The notes: generated by a model not told the origin, from the sequence alone. Counted from the first letter of the stretch, positions 36,385-46,884 are shown. The stretch is DNA of 64,000 nucleotides from Rhizobiaceae bacterium (GCA_039969995.1 JBDVMU010000006.1:5618-69617), one strand, 5' to 3'. Made by a program: numbers and translations.

Positions 36385-38016
36385 ATGGCTGAATTGGACG
36401 TTGCCATCGTTGGCGGTGGGCCTGTTGGACTGGGTTTAGCCATTGATTTGGCTCAACGGGGCATACGTGTTCAGGTTCTTGAACGCTCCAATCAATTGCA
36501 TCAGATCCCCAAGGGGCAAAATCTGACCCAACGCAGTGGTGAACATTTTCGCGCCTGGGGCATAACCAACGCAGTGCGCGACGCCACCCCCATTCCACGC
36601 GAATATGGCAATGCAGGTCTGGTCACATATGGCACGCTGTTGGGCGACTATTCCTACGACTGGTTCCAACGCTCCAAGGTCGGAGCCTATTACTTCGCCC
36701 TCAATGAACGCCTGCCCCAATATAGGCTGGAACAAGTTATGCGGGACCGGGTGAACGATCTGCGTAACGTCCACTTTCAAACTGGAAGCATGGTCACTGG
36801 CCTAACCCAAAACCAAGATGACGTAACCGTCACATATCAACACGACGGTACAACCAAGCACATTACAGCCTCTCATGTGGTTGGTTGTGACGGTGCCCGC
36901 TCAGCGGTGCGAGAGCTTGCAGGCATATCGCAGGCAATCGACCATAAAGGCCCTCGTATGGCGCTGTTGGTTTTCCGTTCCATAGAACTGGACCAGTTGC
37001 TGTCACGTTATCCCGGCAAATCTATCTACAACATCATGAACCCGGATCTCGACGGATATTGGCAATTTCTGGGACGCACCGACCTTGATGGTGGCTGGTT
37101 TTATCATGTGCCAGTACCGGATGACGCAACCCCGGAAAACTATGATTTCAAGGCCCATCTGCACGGCATGGTCGGACAGGAATTCGCCCTGGAATTTGAC
37201 CATATCGGATTTTGGGACTTACGCATTTCCCATGCCCGAACCTATCGCACCGGCCGGGTCTTCATCGCCGGTGACGCAGCCCACAGCCACCCGCCCTATG
37301 GCGGCTATGGGGTGAATACCGGGTTGGAAGACGCCCGAAATCTAAGTTGGAAACTGGCGGCTCAGGTCGAAGGCTGGGGCAGCGAGGCTCTACTGGACAG
37401 CTATTCAAGCGAACGGCACCCGGTATTCAAGTCCGTCTCGCAGGATTTCATCGAACGAATGATCGTCGACTTCCGCGAATTTATGTCGTCCTTTTCACCG
37501 GACAAGGACACGGCAGCGTTTGATGCAGCCTGGAAGGCCCGCACCGAAGCAGATGATTCAGACGTCACCGAATTCCTGCCTCATTATGCAGGATCCCCGC
37601 TGGTCTGGGGCGAAGCTGGCGCAGTGTGCGGTGCAAAAGGCGTACATGAATTCAAGGCTCGTGCCGGTTATCACCTGTCACCCCCACCAGATGATCTTGG
37701 TGATCTCGATGATCTCGATATTTGGGAGCAACTCCGCCCCGGATTCACCCTGCTCGATTTGACTGGTGATGGCAGCCAAAGTCGAATTTGGGGCCAGGCC
37801 GCCGACGCGTTGGGTATTCCGCTGCGCTGGGTTTCCTTGCCAAACGAACAGGTGAAAAAGGCCTATGATGCGGAAAAAATCTTAGTTCGCCCTGACCAAT
37901 TCATCGCCTGGACCGATAGCGGCTGCGGCGACCAGAGCGGCGGCCAAAGCGGCGGTAAGCAACTCACCCCTAAGGATATTCTGGCGCGCGCCATAGGTCA
38001 GCCGCACCAAGCATGA
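36385..38016 (+). CDS. FAD-dependent monooxygenase (aromatic hydroxylase, PheA/TfdB-like)
   Basis: The 543-aa ORF has DVAIVGGGPVGLGLAIDLAQRG and GRVFIAGDAAHSHPPYGGYGVNTG motifs. Confidence 0.9.
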   Translation: MAELDVAIVGGGPVGLGLAIDLAQRGIRVQVLERSNQLHQIPKGQNLTQRSGEHFRAWGITNAVRDATPIPREYGNAGLVTYGTLLGDYSYDWFQRSKVGAYYFALNERLPQYRLEQVMRDRVNDLRNVHFQTGSMVTGLTQNQDDVTVTYQHDGTTKHITASHVVGCDGARSAVRELAGISQAIDHKGPRMALLVFRSIELDQLLSRYPGKSIYNIMNPDLDGYWQFLGRTDLDGGWFYHVPVPDDATPENYDFKAHLHGMVGQEFALEFDHIGFWDLRISHARTYRTGRVFIAGDAAHSHPPYGGYGVNTGLEDARNLSWKLAAQVEGWGSEALLDSYSSERHPVFKSVSQDFIERMIVDFREFMSSFSPDKDTAAFDAAWKARTEADDSDVTEFLPHYAGSPLVWGEAGAVCGAKGVHEFKARAGYHLSPPPDDLGDLDDLDIWEQLRPGFTLLDLTGDGSQSRIWGQAADALGIPLRWVSLPNEQVKKAYDAEKILVRPDQFIAWTDSGCGDQSGGQSGGKQLTPKDILARAIGQPHQA

Positions 38017-38052
38017 CCCGATGAAAGCTGCCAAACTGGAAAGATCGAATCC

Positions 38053-39168
38053 GTGCCTCTAATCCAATATCTCTCACGCATTCCATTTGATTTTGGCGCG
38101 ATCTCCGGACTGGCTGATGAGATCGAGAGGTTGAACATCAAACGCCCGCTGCTCATCACCGACAAAGGCGTCGCCGAGGCCGGATTGCTGCACAGAGCAC
38201 TTGACGCCGCAAAGCCCTTCGAACCTGTGGTCTATGACGGCACCACCGAAAACCCCAATGAAGCTTCGCTGCTGCAATGCCTGGACATCTGGCATGACAA
38301 GGATTGCGACGGCCTCATTGCACTTGGAGGTGGTTCCCCGATCGATCTGTCCAAGGCGGTGGCATTGCTTACCAGCCATGGCGGCAACTTGGCGGACTAC
38401 AATGTGAAGACTGGCGGTTCAGAAGAAATCGGCAAAGTATCACCCCAGATTGCTATTCCAACAGCGGCAGGCACCGGGGCAGAGGTGGGGCGTGCCTGTG
38501 TCATGTCTTTGCTAGACGGCAGCAAATGTGTTGCGGTCAACCTCAATATGGTGGCCGATTGCGTCATCTGCGACCCCGACTTGACCCTCAGCCTTCCACC
38601 TCACCTGACTGCCGCCACAGGCATCGACGCCATCAGCCATGGCATCGAGACATTCTGCTCTACCTGGGACAATCCCCCCGCTGCAGCGATTGCACTGGAC
38701 TGCGTCACACGAGGCGTAAAATGGCTGCCTGTTGCGGTGCAGGACGGGCGCAACCGTCAGGCCCGCTGGGAAATGATGATGGCGGCGCTGGAAGGTGGCA
38801 TGTGCCTGCAGAAGGCCCTCGGCTCTGCCCACGCAATGGCCAATCCACTGGGCGAACTGCATTTGCATCACGGCACGCTGATCGGCATCCTGTTGCCCCA
38901 TGTCCTGCGTTTCAACCGCCACCACGCAACTGAACAGATGGCGATTTTGCGCAACGCCATGACTATCCCGAACGGCCAGGATCTGGACGGGTGGATGACG
39001 GAATATGTGGAATCACTGGGCCTGCCCACCAGACTTTCAACAATAGGCGTCAACGAAGATGTCTTGCCCGAAATGGCATTGAAGGCATCAACGGATCACC
39101 TGTCAGCGACCAACCCACGGCCCGCCGTCGAAGATGACTATCTGAAACTGCTCAAGGCGGCGTTTTAG
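38053..39168 (+). CDS. Iron-containing alcohol dehydrogenase family protein
   Basis: The 371-aa ORF has a GTG start, the motif GGGSPIDLSKA and the His-rich metal motif HAMANPLGELHLHHG. Confidence 0.9.
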   Translation: MPLIQYLSRIPFDFGAISGLADEIERLNIKRPLLITDKGVAEAGLLHRALDAAKPFEPVVYDGTTENPNEASLLQCLDIWHDKDCDGLIALGGGSPIDLSKAVALLTSHGGNLADYNVKTGGSEEIGKVSPQIAIPTAAGTGAEVGRACVMSLLDGSKCVAVNLNMVADCVICDPDLTLSLPPHLTAATGIDAISHGIETFCSTWDNPPAAAIALDCVTRGVKWLPVAVQDGRNRQARWEMMMAALEGGMCLQKALGSAHAMANPLGELHLHHGTLIGILLPHVLRFNRHHATEQMAILRNAMTIPNGQDLDGWMTEYVESLGLPTRLSTIGVNEDVLPEMALKASTDHLSATNPRPAVEDDYLKLLKAAF

Positions 39169-39177
39169 AGATTGGGG

Positions 39178-39447
39178 TCAGGACACCATGACCGTCAGAG
39201 TATCCAGGCCCTCGATATTGGTCTCCATCACGTCACCCCGGGTAATAGCTGCAATGCACGCGGGTGTTCCAGACAGGATGACGCCACCAGCCGCCAATTC
39301 ACAACATTCCAACAGATAGGAAATTCTTTCGGGCAGTTTCCAGATCATCTGGCGTAGGTCGCCCTCCTGTTTGACATCGCCATTGACCTTCAACTCGACA
39401 CGCCCAGCATCGAGATGACATAGTCGGTCATGGGACAGGTCATTTTC
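39178..39447 (-). pseudogene. C-terminal remnant of a fumarylacetoacetate hydrolase (FAH) family gene
   Basis: The open frame ...LDAGRVELKVNGDVKQEGDLRQMIWKLPERISYLLECCELAAGGVILSGTPACI... matches only the last 85 aa or so of FAH proteins. It has no ATG, and an in-frame stop lies at 39448-39450. Confidence 0.65.
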
Positions 39448-39579
39448 TCATAGAGTTGTTGTGGCCATATGGCAGCTACCGGAGGAAATCAATTATTGCC
39501 AAAAGTCAAAATGAGCGCTTGTCGCGGATCAGGCGCAACCACCAAAGCGCATTTGAAGCTGCGATTGCGCGAATTAAAT

Positions 39580-40836
39580 TCAGCCAACCAATCCGTTTAG
39601 GGGCGAAACAGTGTCGCTGCCCGGAAAAATCGAACCGTCAAGCGCCTTGGCTTCCAGGCCAAAGTGATCTCTCAAAATCCCTTTGAAAACCCCGTTGATA
39701 TGGGTGGTCGGCGCCAGGTCACGACCTTCATGCAATGCCTTTGGGGCCAGCCCCGGCCAGTCGGCAAAAACCTGCCCTCCCTTGACCGCTCCGCCCAGGA
39801 GAAAGGCGCAAGTTCCGGTCCCGTGATCGGTTCCGGCGGTCCCATTGATCGCTGCAGTTCGACCAAATTCGGTAACGATGGCGATGACCGTGTCTTGCCA
39901 AATGGGTTCCAGACCCTTGGCCATTCTGGCAATGCCCTTGTCCAGCACACTCAGCTTGTTGGCGAGCTTGCCCTTAACCGGATTTTGCCCAGCATGGGTG
40001 TCCCATCCGTCGCTGCTCAATGCCGCAATACGCGGCCCGTCAGGATCGCTGAAAAAGGCAATGGTCTTGTCGATCTCTCTAAGGAATAATTTATTGGCAC
40101 TTTGAAGATTGAGTCTCTCACCGGTGTCCGACGCATCAGCACTTATCCCCGCCCGCAACACTTCTGCCAGGCCTGAGTCCTGATCGTCATAGAGAGCAAG
40201 AATACGCCCCAATGTGTCGGCATCGGGGTGCGGATAAAATTGTGGTGACCAGGTAAGCACCGGCGCCTCGCCCTGCATGATCAGTGGTGGCGCATGGCCA
40301 ATCGCTACGCCTTGTGGGGGTTTCACACGTGACGAACTGGCCAGATTGAGCGTTGCTCGGTTGAGCCAGCCGCTATCGCCACCAGCGCGAGGCAATCCGC
40401 TCTCCAGAATATCCTGACCATCGAAATGGGAACGCGACCGATAGGACGTTGCAGCGGCGTGCACGATTGCGGCGTCCTTCTGCCGATAAAGCTGCGCCAG
40501 ATTGGGCATATTGGCATTGAGGGCAAAAAGATTGTCCAGCGGCAAAACGGCATCGGCGGTCAGATTGAATTCACCCCGCAGGTCGGCATAGTGCGGGTCT
40601 CCCATCGGCGGGACCGCTGCCAGACCATCCAATGCCCCACGCAAAACCACCACAAGGAGACGCGGATCACGCGATCCTGACAAGGACGCCAAGGCTGAAG
40701 TGGCCGTCGTCGGCATCATCGCGGCGGCGGCTGTGGCGGCGGCGGCAGCGGAATGCCCCAACAACCTGCGGCGCGTTAGCGGAACAGGCTGGCACAGTCG
40801 CTCATCACCGGGAAACAGCCGTTTTGATCTGTTCAT
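39580..40836 (-). CDS. DUF1501 domain-containing protein (sulfatase-like fold) with a Tat signal
   Basis: The 418-aa ORF has the signal TRRRLLGHSAAAAATAAAAM and the motifs EFGRT and GTDHGTG. Confidence 0.85.
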   Translation of the reverse strand: MNRSKRLFPGDERLCQPVPLTRRRLLGHSAAAAATAAAAMMPTTATSALASLSGSRDPRLLVVVLRGALDGLAAVPPMGDPHYADLRGEFNLTADAVLPLDNLFALNANMPNLAQLYRQKDAAIVHAAATSYRSRSHFDGQDILESGLPRAGGDSGWLNRATLNLASSSRVKPPQGVAIGHAPPLIMQGEAPVLTWSPQFYPHPDADTLGRILALYDDQDSGLAEVLRAGISADASDTGERLNLQSANKLFLREIDKTIAFFSDPDGPRIAALSSDGWDTHAGQNPVKGKLANKLSVLDKGIARMAKGLEPIWQDTVIAIVTEFGRTAAINGTAGTDHGTGTCAFLLGGAVKGGQVFADWPGLAPKALHEGRDLAPTTHINGVFKGILRDHFGLEAKALDGSIFPGSDTVSPLNGLVG

Positions 40837-40845
40837 AAGCCCATC

Positions 40846-42201
40846 CTATCGCTTCTGGAATTCGGGAGACATCAGCAACAGAGCCAAGGCCTGAGATTGA
40901 TCGGCAGCGCGGCTAATCGCTATCTCTGTGTCCCGGTCAAGGCTTGCACCCAGCATATCGGTGGCGCGCTGTTGCACATCAAAATTGGTTCGCATTTTGC
41001 GCCCCACGGCAACGGCAAAGTCGAGGCGGGTTTTCAATGCATCTGAGGAAACCCAGCGTTTACGCGTATCGGGCCACCCTTTCGGTGAAGGTGGTCCCCA
41101 TAGTCGCTGCCCCATGACCACCAGTCCCCTGCTCCAGAATTGATAGTTACGATCAACCTGCAGACCACGCGCCACAGAGGCCATATAGTCGACGGGTGTC
41201 TTAAACTTCATTGGGGCCGGTCGGAATGCCGTTGGATGGGACAGCATTGCCGTATAGACGGGCATCAACTCACCCCGGTTCTGCAAATAGGCCCGTTCCA
41301 TTGTTGCGACCAGATCACGGTCCGGCGCATCGGCAATGAAATGCTGCGCCAATTTGAAAGCGATGTGTCGGGCTGTTGACGGATGTTGGGCCAGATCATT
41401 CAAAACACGTTGGCCTTGCGCGACAGAGCCGGTATTTCGGTAACTCTCGCCCATGACATTGCGGGTACCTGGCTCATGGGCACCGCGGCGAAACACAAAT
41501 GTGCCCATCCTGGCGCGGGTTGTTTTCGGCCCGGCAAGCGACCATCCCGTAATTGCCATCGCCAACTCGCGAATGTCATCCAGGTCATACCCGCCATCGA
41601 CACCGAGAGTGTGCAATTCCAACAATTCGCGCGCCAGATTTTCATTCAATCCGCGATTGCGGCGACGACCGGCACGGGAATTGGGACCGATGGAATTGGC
41701 GTTGTCGAGATACAGCAACATTCCAGGATTTGCAGTGCTGGCCAGCACCATGTCGGCAAAGTTGCCAGTAATATGCGGGCGGATCGCCTCGCGCTCAAAG
41801 GCTCCAGCCATGGCAGCAATCGGGGGAGAAGCAGCTGAGACAGCGAAGTGATTGGCCCAGAACAGGCATAGCCGCTCAGCAAATGGCGTATCCGTTTCGA
41901 CAAAGGTTTGAATGCGGGCACGCACCTCCGCGTTGTAGATGCGGCGCGGCGAATTTGACGACATCATCGTGCCCGTCTTGCCGGTATCGCCGCTGGCAAG
42001 CTCTTTTCGTCGCTGACGGCGGAACTCGCGAAATGCCGTGATGGCTTCGGCGGTGTCAGGCAACTCCGGGCCAGACACCCGGGGCGCGCGGTCGAGTTGT
42101 GCCAAAAGATAATCCGCTGGCAGCCCGCCCACCGCCGCAATTTCACCCGGGCGGCCACCCAGTCCAAACCGGTTTACGGCAATGGTTGCTTGATCGATCA
42201 T
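40846..42201 (-). CDS. DUF1800 domain-containing protein
   Basis: The 451-aa ORF has WANHFAVSA and LELHTLGVDGGY motifs. It is the usual partner of DUF1501. Confidence 0.85.
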   Translation of the reverse strand: MIDQATIAVNRFGLGGRPGEIAAVGGLPADYLLAQLDRAPRVSGPELPDTAEAITAFREFRRQRRKELASGDTGKTGTMMSSNSPRRIYNAEVRARIQTFVETDTPFAERLCLFWANHFAVSAASPPIAAMAGAFEREAIRPHITGNFADMVLASTANPGMLLYLDNANSIGPNSRAGRRRNRGLNENLARELLELHTLGVDGGYDLDDIRELAMAITGWSLAGPKTTRARMGTFVFRRGAHEPGTRNVMGESYRNTGSVAQGQRVLNDLAQHPSTARHIAFKLAQHFIADAPDRDLVATMERAYLQNRGELMPVYTAMLSHPTAFRPAPMKFKTPVDYMASVARGLQVDRNYQFWSRGLVVMGQRLWGPPSPKGWPDTRKRWVSSDALKTRLDFAVAVGRKMRTNFDVQQRATDMLGASLDRDTEIAISRAADQSQALALLLMSPEFQKR

Positions 42202-42455
42202 TGGGTCAGTGTTTCCGGGCTCGGTAGCAGCCCAAACGGGCTTTCGCGGTGATTCATTTGCTATCCCAGACTAATACCTTAAAGGCCAGCGACGAAGTCT
42301 GCTTGACTTAATAATCTGTAACCCGATGCAACCAATTTGAGGGGCAAATAGCTGCAGACAGACAAAGCCCATGTGACAAGCGAACACAGGGAAATCACGA
42401 AACCGTGTAGAAAGAGTAACTTCTTCTTGTTCCCAATCCGGTATATTGCACTTTT

Positions 42456-42842
42456 ATGGGAAAGCTCATTTCGACATCCTTGCTTGTGGCATTCATGCTG
42501 ATTTCCGCTTTGGCGAATTTCGGCAACGCCCATATGAGCACAGGTGAAAAGAGCAGCAATTCGGTTGAAGCGGTTGTTCTGGTCGACAAATCTGCCCCGT
42601 CAGATGACGCGCCTATGCATTCTCATGGCAATGACCTTGCACTTGCAGAGAAAGATGATTGCCCCTGCAAGAAAGACCACAGCCCTTCAAAATTCGTCTG
42701 TGGTGTTACCCTTGCATTGTTGGACAGTGCCGCAGCGCTGCACACGCCCAACGCCTCCAAAGCCCGATTTGTGTTGAACAAATCAACCAGTGTCCCGGAC
42801 TTTGTCGATCAGTTGAAGAGGCCTCCACGAACCATCCTTTGA
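42456..42842 (+). CDS. Hypothetical secreted Cys/His-containing protein
   Basis: The 128-aa ORF has a signal peptide (LLVAFMLISALANFGNA), HSH and CPCKKDH motifs, and a C-terminal RPPR. Confidence 0.5.
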   Translation: MGKLISTSLLVAFMLISALANFGNAHMSTGEKSSNSVEAVVLVDKSAPSDDAPMHSHGNDLALAEKDDCPCKKDHSPSKFVCGVTLALLDSAAALHTPNASKARFVLNKSTSVPDFVDQLKRPPRTIL

Positions 42843-42850
42843 AGACGCAG

Positions 42851-42878
42851 CCGCACGCCCGACGTGCCCGTTTTTTTT
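42851..42878 (+). terminator. Possible weak rho-independent terminator
   Basis: A short GCACG/CGTGC hairpin is followed by a T8 run. Confidence 0.4.
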
Positions 42879-42892
42879 CAAAGGACCACATT

Positions 42893-43546
42893 ATGTTGGA
42901 CAGACGTCTCTTTCTGCTCGGGGCACTCGCCACCGTTGCAGGCTGCGCACAACGCGCAGAACATGTTGGAGCTCACCCCCTAAAGGCAGCTCATAAAACC
43001 AGTTTCAGTTCTCTTTATGGTGCCCGCCGTAACGAGCGCTTCCCGATTCCTGCTGTGCCGAAAGGCAAGTTAAAGCGCCGCTATCAACGCCAGCGGGTGC
43101 GCTACCGGACCAAGGAAAAGCCGGGAACGGTGATCGTTGATACCCGCAATTTCTACCTCTACCACGTTGAAAAGGGTGGCAAGGCGATGCGTTATGGCGT
43201 TGGGCTGGGACGAGCAGGTTTTGCCTGGTCGGGTCGCGCCAAGATCGCCTGGAAACGCAAATGGCCGACCTGGACACCGCCTCAGGAGATGATCCAGCGT
43301 CAGCCAGAACTGGCCAAGTGGGGTGCTGCCCATGGCGGCATGCCACCGGGATTGCGCAATCCACTGGGCGCACGAGCGCTCTACATTTTCAAGGACGGCA
43401 AGGACACGCTTTATCGTCTGCACGGAACACCAGAAGTTTCGAGCATTGGCCGTTCGGTATCCAGCGGCTGTGTTCGTTTGGTCAATCAAGACGTGATCGA
43501 CCTCTATTCACGGGTGCGTTCCGGCTCAGCGATTGTGGTGATCTAA
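42893..43546 (+). CDS. L,D-transpeptidase (YkuD domain) lipoprotein
   Basis: The ATG at 42893 gives MLDRRLFLLGALATVAGC (a lipobox). The catalytic motif is HGTPEVSSIGRSVSSGCVRL. Confidence 0.9.
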   Translation: MLDRRLFLLGALATVAGCAQRAEHVGAHPLKAAHKTSFSSLYGARRNERFPIPAVPKGKLKRRYQRQRVRYRTKEKPGTVIVDTRNFYLYHVEKGGKAMRYGVGLGRAGFAWSGRAKIAWKRKWPTWTPPQEMIQRQPELAKWGAAHGGMPPGLRNPLGARALYIFKDGKDTLYRLHGTPEVSSIGRSVSSGCVRLVNQDVIDLYSRVRSGSAIVVI

Positions 43547-43557
43547 CGCGCGAGCCA

Positions 43558-43592
43558 CTCGCCGCTCGTCGTTCGCCATTCGCCGCTCGCCG
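43558..43592 (+). repeat. Heptanucleotide tandem repeat (5 units) 3' of a stop codon
   Basis: The units are ctcgccg ctcgtcg ttcgcca ttcgccg ctcgccg. Confidence 0.85.
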
Positions 43593-43628
43593 CAGCCGGC
43601 CGATTGAAACAAGATTTAGGAATTAGAT

Positions 43629-44276
43629 ATGAAAACCGAAATGAACCGCAGACAATTCATCGCCTCCACCACAATGGCGGGGGTCGCCACGATGGCGTTC
43701 CCAATGGGTGCCACCCAAGCCCAGACCTTTCGCGGGCTATATGACAACATCCCACTTGCCGATGAGATTTTGGGCGACGTCAACGCGCCGGTCACGCTGC
43801 TCGAATATGCATCCATGACTTGTCCCCATTGCAAAAGATTCCACGAAGAGATCATGCCAGGCATCAAGAAAAGCTTCATCGATACCGGCAAAGTGAAGTA
43901 CATTTTGCGCCCCTTCCCGTTTGATGGTGACCGGCGAGGAGAAGCAGCTTTTATGCTGGCCAAATGTGCCCCCAACGACAGTTACTACCCGATGCTGGAC
44001 GCCCTGTTTGCGACCCAGAAATCCTGGGCGGGCGAAGGCAATCCGGTGCCAGAACTGCTGAGAATTTCCAAACTGTCGGGCATGACAGAGGCCGATTTTA
44101 AGGCCTGTCTGGGCGATCAGGAACTGTTGACCAAGATGATTCAGGGCCGCAATCTGGCTGTTTCCGAATTCAAGGTTCGGGCGACTCCGACGGTGTTCAT
44201 TAATGACCAGAAATTCACCGGTCCAAGTTCGGTTGAAAGTCTGAGTGAAGCACTCAACGATGCGTTGGGAAACTAG
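43629..44276 (+). CDS. DsbA family thiol:disulfide oxidoreductase with a Tat-type signal
   Basis: The 215-aa ORF has the signal NRRQFIASTTMAGVATMAFPMGATQA and the CPHC active site. Confidence 0.9.
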   Translation: MKTEMNRRQFIASTTMAGVATMAFPMGATQAQTFRGLYDNIPLADEILGDVNAPVTLLEYASMTCPHCKRFHEEIMPGIKKSFIDTGKVKYILRPFPFDGDRRGEAAFMLAKCAPNDSYYPMLDALFATQKSWAGEGNPVPELLRISKLSGMTEADFKACLGDQELLTKMIQGRNLAVSEFKVRATPTVFINDQKFTGPSSVESLSEALNDALGN

Positions 44277-44277
44277 G

Positions 44278-44490
44278 ATGGTGGCCATGACGAAGTTAAA
44301 AGACCCGCCCCCCTTGGACAAAACCAAGCAGGTCAAAGCAAAATCTGCCCTGATGGGCAAACGCCACGCCTATGACCATCAGTCCCAGCGTTCGCTGGGG
44401 CAGATTGCACAGATGATCGGTTTCAGTTCAGCTGAGATTTCTGAATTGGAACGCCTCTACGTCAGGCGTTTCAAAGAGATCAAATCCTGA
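44278..44490 (+). CDS. Small hypothetical protein (possible HTH)
   Basis: The ATG lies immediately after the dsbA stop. The 70-aa product contains SLGQIAQMIGFSSAEISELER. Support is weak. Confidence 0.3.
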   Translation: MVAMTKLKDPPPLDKTKQVKAKSALMGKRHAYDHQSQRSLGQIAQMIGFSSAEISELERLYVRRFKEIKS

Positions 44491-44533
44491 CCATGCAGAT
44501 GTCGCATAGTTCGCGAAACCCGGGAGTTTTCCA

Positions 44534-46813
44534 ATGACCATCCGCCTCCAAATCGCCGGAATTTCCACTCTTGCGCTTGCTTCTCTCGTCACCGTTTCGG
44601 CGCTGGCTCAACAGGAAACCCGCAAACCCAATCACTTGCTGGGCGTCCAGTCACCCTACCTGCAGCAGCATGTTTACAACCCGGTGGACTGGTATCCGTG
44701 GGGCGAAGAGGCACTGGAAAAGGCAAAGCGAGAGAACAAGCCGATCTTCCTATCGGTTGGCTATTCAACCTGCCACTGGTGCCACGTGATGGCGCGGGAG
44801 AGTTTTGAGGATCCGGCCATTGGTGCGTTTCTCAATGAACACTATGTGTCGATCAAGATTGACCGCGAGCGGCGACCTGATCTTGACGAACAATTCATGC
44901 TGGCAACCCAGGCCCTGACCGGACGCGGCGGCTGGCCAAATTCGGTATTCATGACATCAGACGCCAAGCCATTCTATGCCGCCACCTACCTGCCGCCAGA
45001 TGATTTGATGAAGGCGCTGAGCCAGATTGATACAATGTGGGACACTGAAAGGGCGACCTTGCAGCAGGAAGGCGAACGCATAACCAGCGGCATCATGAGT
45101 TACATGAACCGCAGCGAAGCGGCACAGGCGGTGACCGCAGCTAAGGTCCAACTGGCTGCAGCCAGCATTATCGAGCAGGCTGACTATTTTAGCGGTGGAC
45201 TTGGGACCGCACCCAAATTTCCGCAGGAAGCAGCAATGTTGTTGCTGCTCGACCAGGCGCGGCGCGGCGACAAGAACGCGCTCGACGTCGTCAAGGGTGC
45301 GCTGGATGGCATGTTGATGGGCGGAATCCACGACCATGCCGGAGGGGGATTCCACCGCTATGCCGTCGATCCGAACTGGCGCGTGCCACATTTTGAAAAA
45401 ATGCTCTACAATCAGGCAATGATTGGCCAGCTGCTGATCGGCACCTATGAACTCACCGGAGACTATCGCTACAAGCACACAGCACAACGCGCGCTGGATT
45501 ATGTCGTCCGCGAAATGCAGAGCGAAGCAGGCGGATTTTATTCTGCGCAAGATGCCGATTCATTGAGCGAGACCGGGATCAAGGGTGAAGGCCATTTCTA
45601 TGTCTGGTCGAAGCAAGAATTCGACACGCTGGATCTGCCAGTACTGAAAACCGTCAAAGAAATATTCGATGTTACCGAGGACGGCAATTTCGAGGGCAGC
45701 ACCATTCTGCATCTGACCAGCAGGATTGACCAGCTGGCGAAGGAGACTGACAGCAGCGAAGCAGAGATTTATGCCCGGCTTGATGAAGGGCTGGATTATT
45801 TGCGCCGGCTCCGGGAGAACACTCGACATGCACCCAACAAAGACCGGAAAATTTTGGTGTCCTGGAATGCCCAAATGATCGAGACAATGGCCTATGCGGC
45901 CCATATATTTGATCGCCCTGACTATTGGAAATCTGCCAAAGCCAGCGCTGACCATATCCTGCGCACCATGCTCAATGAGAATGAGTTATTACGTGTCAGT
46001 TATGAAGGCCGGGTCGGCGTGCTGGGCCAGTTAGCTGATTATGCCGGGTTGGGCAATGCGCTATTGGCCTTGAAAGATTTTGCGCCCACTGGCGAATCTC
46101 TGCCGGACGTTGAAAAAATTACCCGTCGTTTGGCCGACGATATCCGGTCAAAATTTGCTGATCAGGTTGAATTTGAAGGGCGTGTCCTGCGCATGACCGA
46201 ACGGGCTGATGGCATGGGTCATTACGCACCACTCGATGACAATCCAATTCCATCAGGCAACTCAATGGCGCTGCAACTGTTCGATGCGCTGGGGCGTCGG
46301 GGTGAGGACTTCGAGCTAAAAAAACGCACACGAGTTCTTGCAGCTACCCTGTCCGGCTATGCCTTGGCCAGCGCCCAGTCGCGTGGCACATTGGTCAATA
46401 AAGTGCTGGAAATAAACACCAACCCGGCCGGAAACCTGCGCCATGTGGCCAACGGCAATGTGAAAGTCTCGCTTAAGATTGATCACGAAAAAGAGCAGTT
46501 TCGTTTTGACCTGCAGATGAAAGAAGGCTGGCACATCAACTCCAACAAACCGTTGGAAGAATATTTCATTCCAACGGCTTTGAAGGTTGGTGATACTCCG
46601 CTGGCAGCTGGCAAATACCCCAAGCCGGTCGAGAAGAAGTTGAAATTCAATGGCGTACCACTGAGTCTTTACGAAGGACATTTGGTGCTGAGCCAGCCTC
46701 TGCCGGATATACAATCCAAACAGGCACAGACTTTGTCATTGGACATTCAGGCCTGCAGCGATCAGATTTGCCTGGAACCAGAAAGCCTGAGCTTCAGTTA
46801 TTGGCGGCAATGA
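44534..46813 (+). CDS. Thioredoxin-domain (DUF255/YyaL-like) protein with a signal peptide and a C-terminal DsbD-alpha-like domain
   Basis: The 759-aa ORF has the signal [18 protein letters not shown] and the segment [18 protein letters not shown]. The C-terminus contains GWHINSN...[13 protein letters not shown]. Confidence 0.9.
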   Translation: MTIRLQIAGISTLALASLVTVSALAQQETRKPNHLLGVQSPYLQQHVYNPVDWYPWGEEALEKAKRENKPIFLSVGYSTCHWCHVMARESFEDPAIGAFLNEHYVSIKIDRERRPDLDEQFMLATQALTGRGGWPNSVFMTSDAKPFYAATYLPPDDLMKALSQIDTMWDTERATLQQEGERITSGIMSYMNRSEAAQAVTAAKVQLAAASIIEQADYFSGGLGTAPKFPQEAAMLLLLDQARRGDKNALDVVKGALDGMLMGGIHDHAGGGFHRYAVDPNWRVPHFEKMLYNQAMIGQLLIGTYELTGDYRYKHTAQRALDYVVREMQSEAGGFYSAQDADSLSETGIKGEGHFYVWSKQEFDTLDLPVLKTVKEIFDVTEDGNFEGSTILHLTSRIDQLAKETDSSEAEIYARLDEGLDYLRRLRENTRHAPNKDRKILVSWNAQMIETMAYAAHIFDRPDYWKSAKASADHILRTMLNENELLRVSYEGRVGVLGQLADYAGLGNALLALKDFAPTGESLPDVEKITRRLADDIRSKFADQVEFEGRVLRMTERADGMGHYAPLDDNPIPSGNSMALQLFDALGRRGEDFELKKRTRVLAATLSGYALASAQSRGTLVNKVLEINTNPAGNLRHVANGNVKVSLKIDHEKEQFRFDLQMKEGWHINSNKPLEEYFIPTALKVGDTPLAAGKYPKPVEKKLKFNGVPLSLYEGHLVLSQPLPDIQSKQAQTLSLDIQACSDQICLEPESLSFSYWRQ

Positions 46814-46826
46814 ACGGTTTTGGTGC

Positions 46827-46884
46827 GCGTTGCTCGCCGCGCGTTGCTCGCCGCTCGTCGCTCATTCGCCGCTCATTCGTCGCC
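46827..46884. repeat. Intergenic tandem repeat of the CTCGCCGC family (14-nt unit x2 plus 7/11-nt units)
   Basis: Read directly: gcgttgctcgccgc gcgttgctcgccgc tcgtcgc tcattcgccgc tcattcgtcgcc. Confidence 0.85.
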
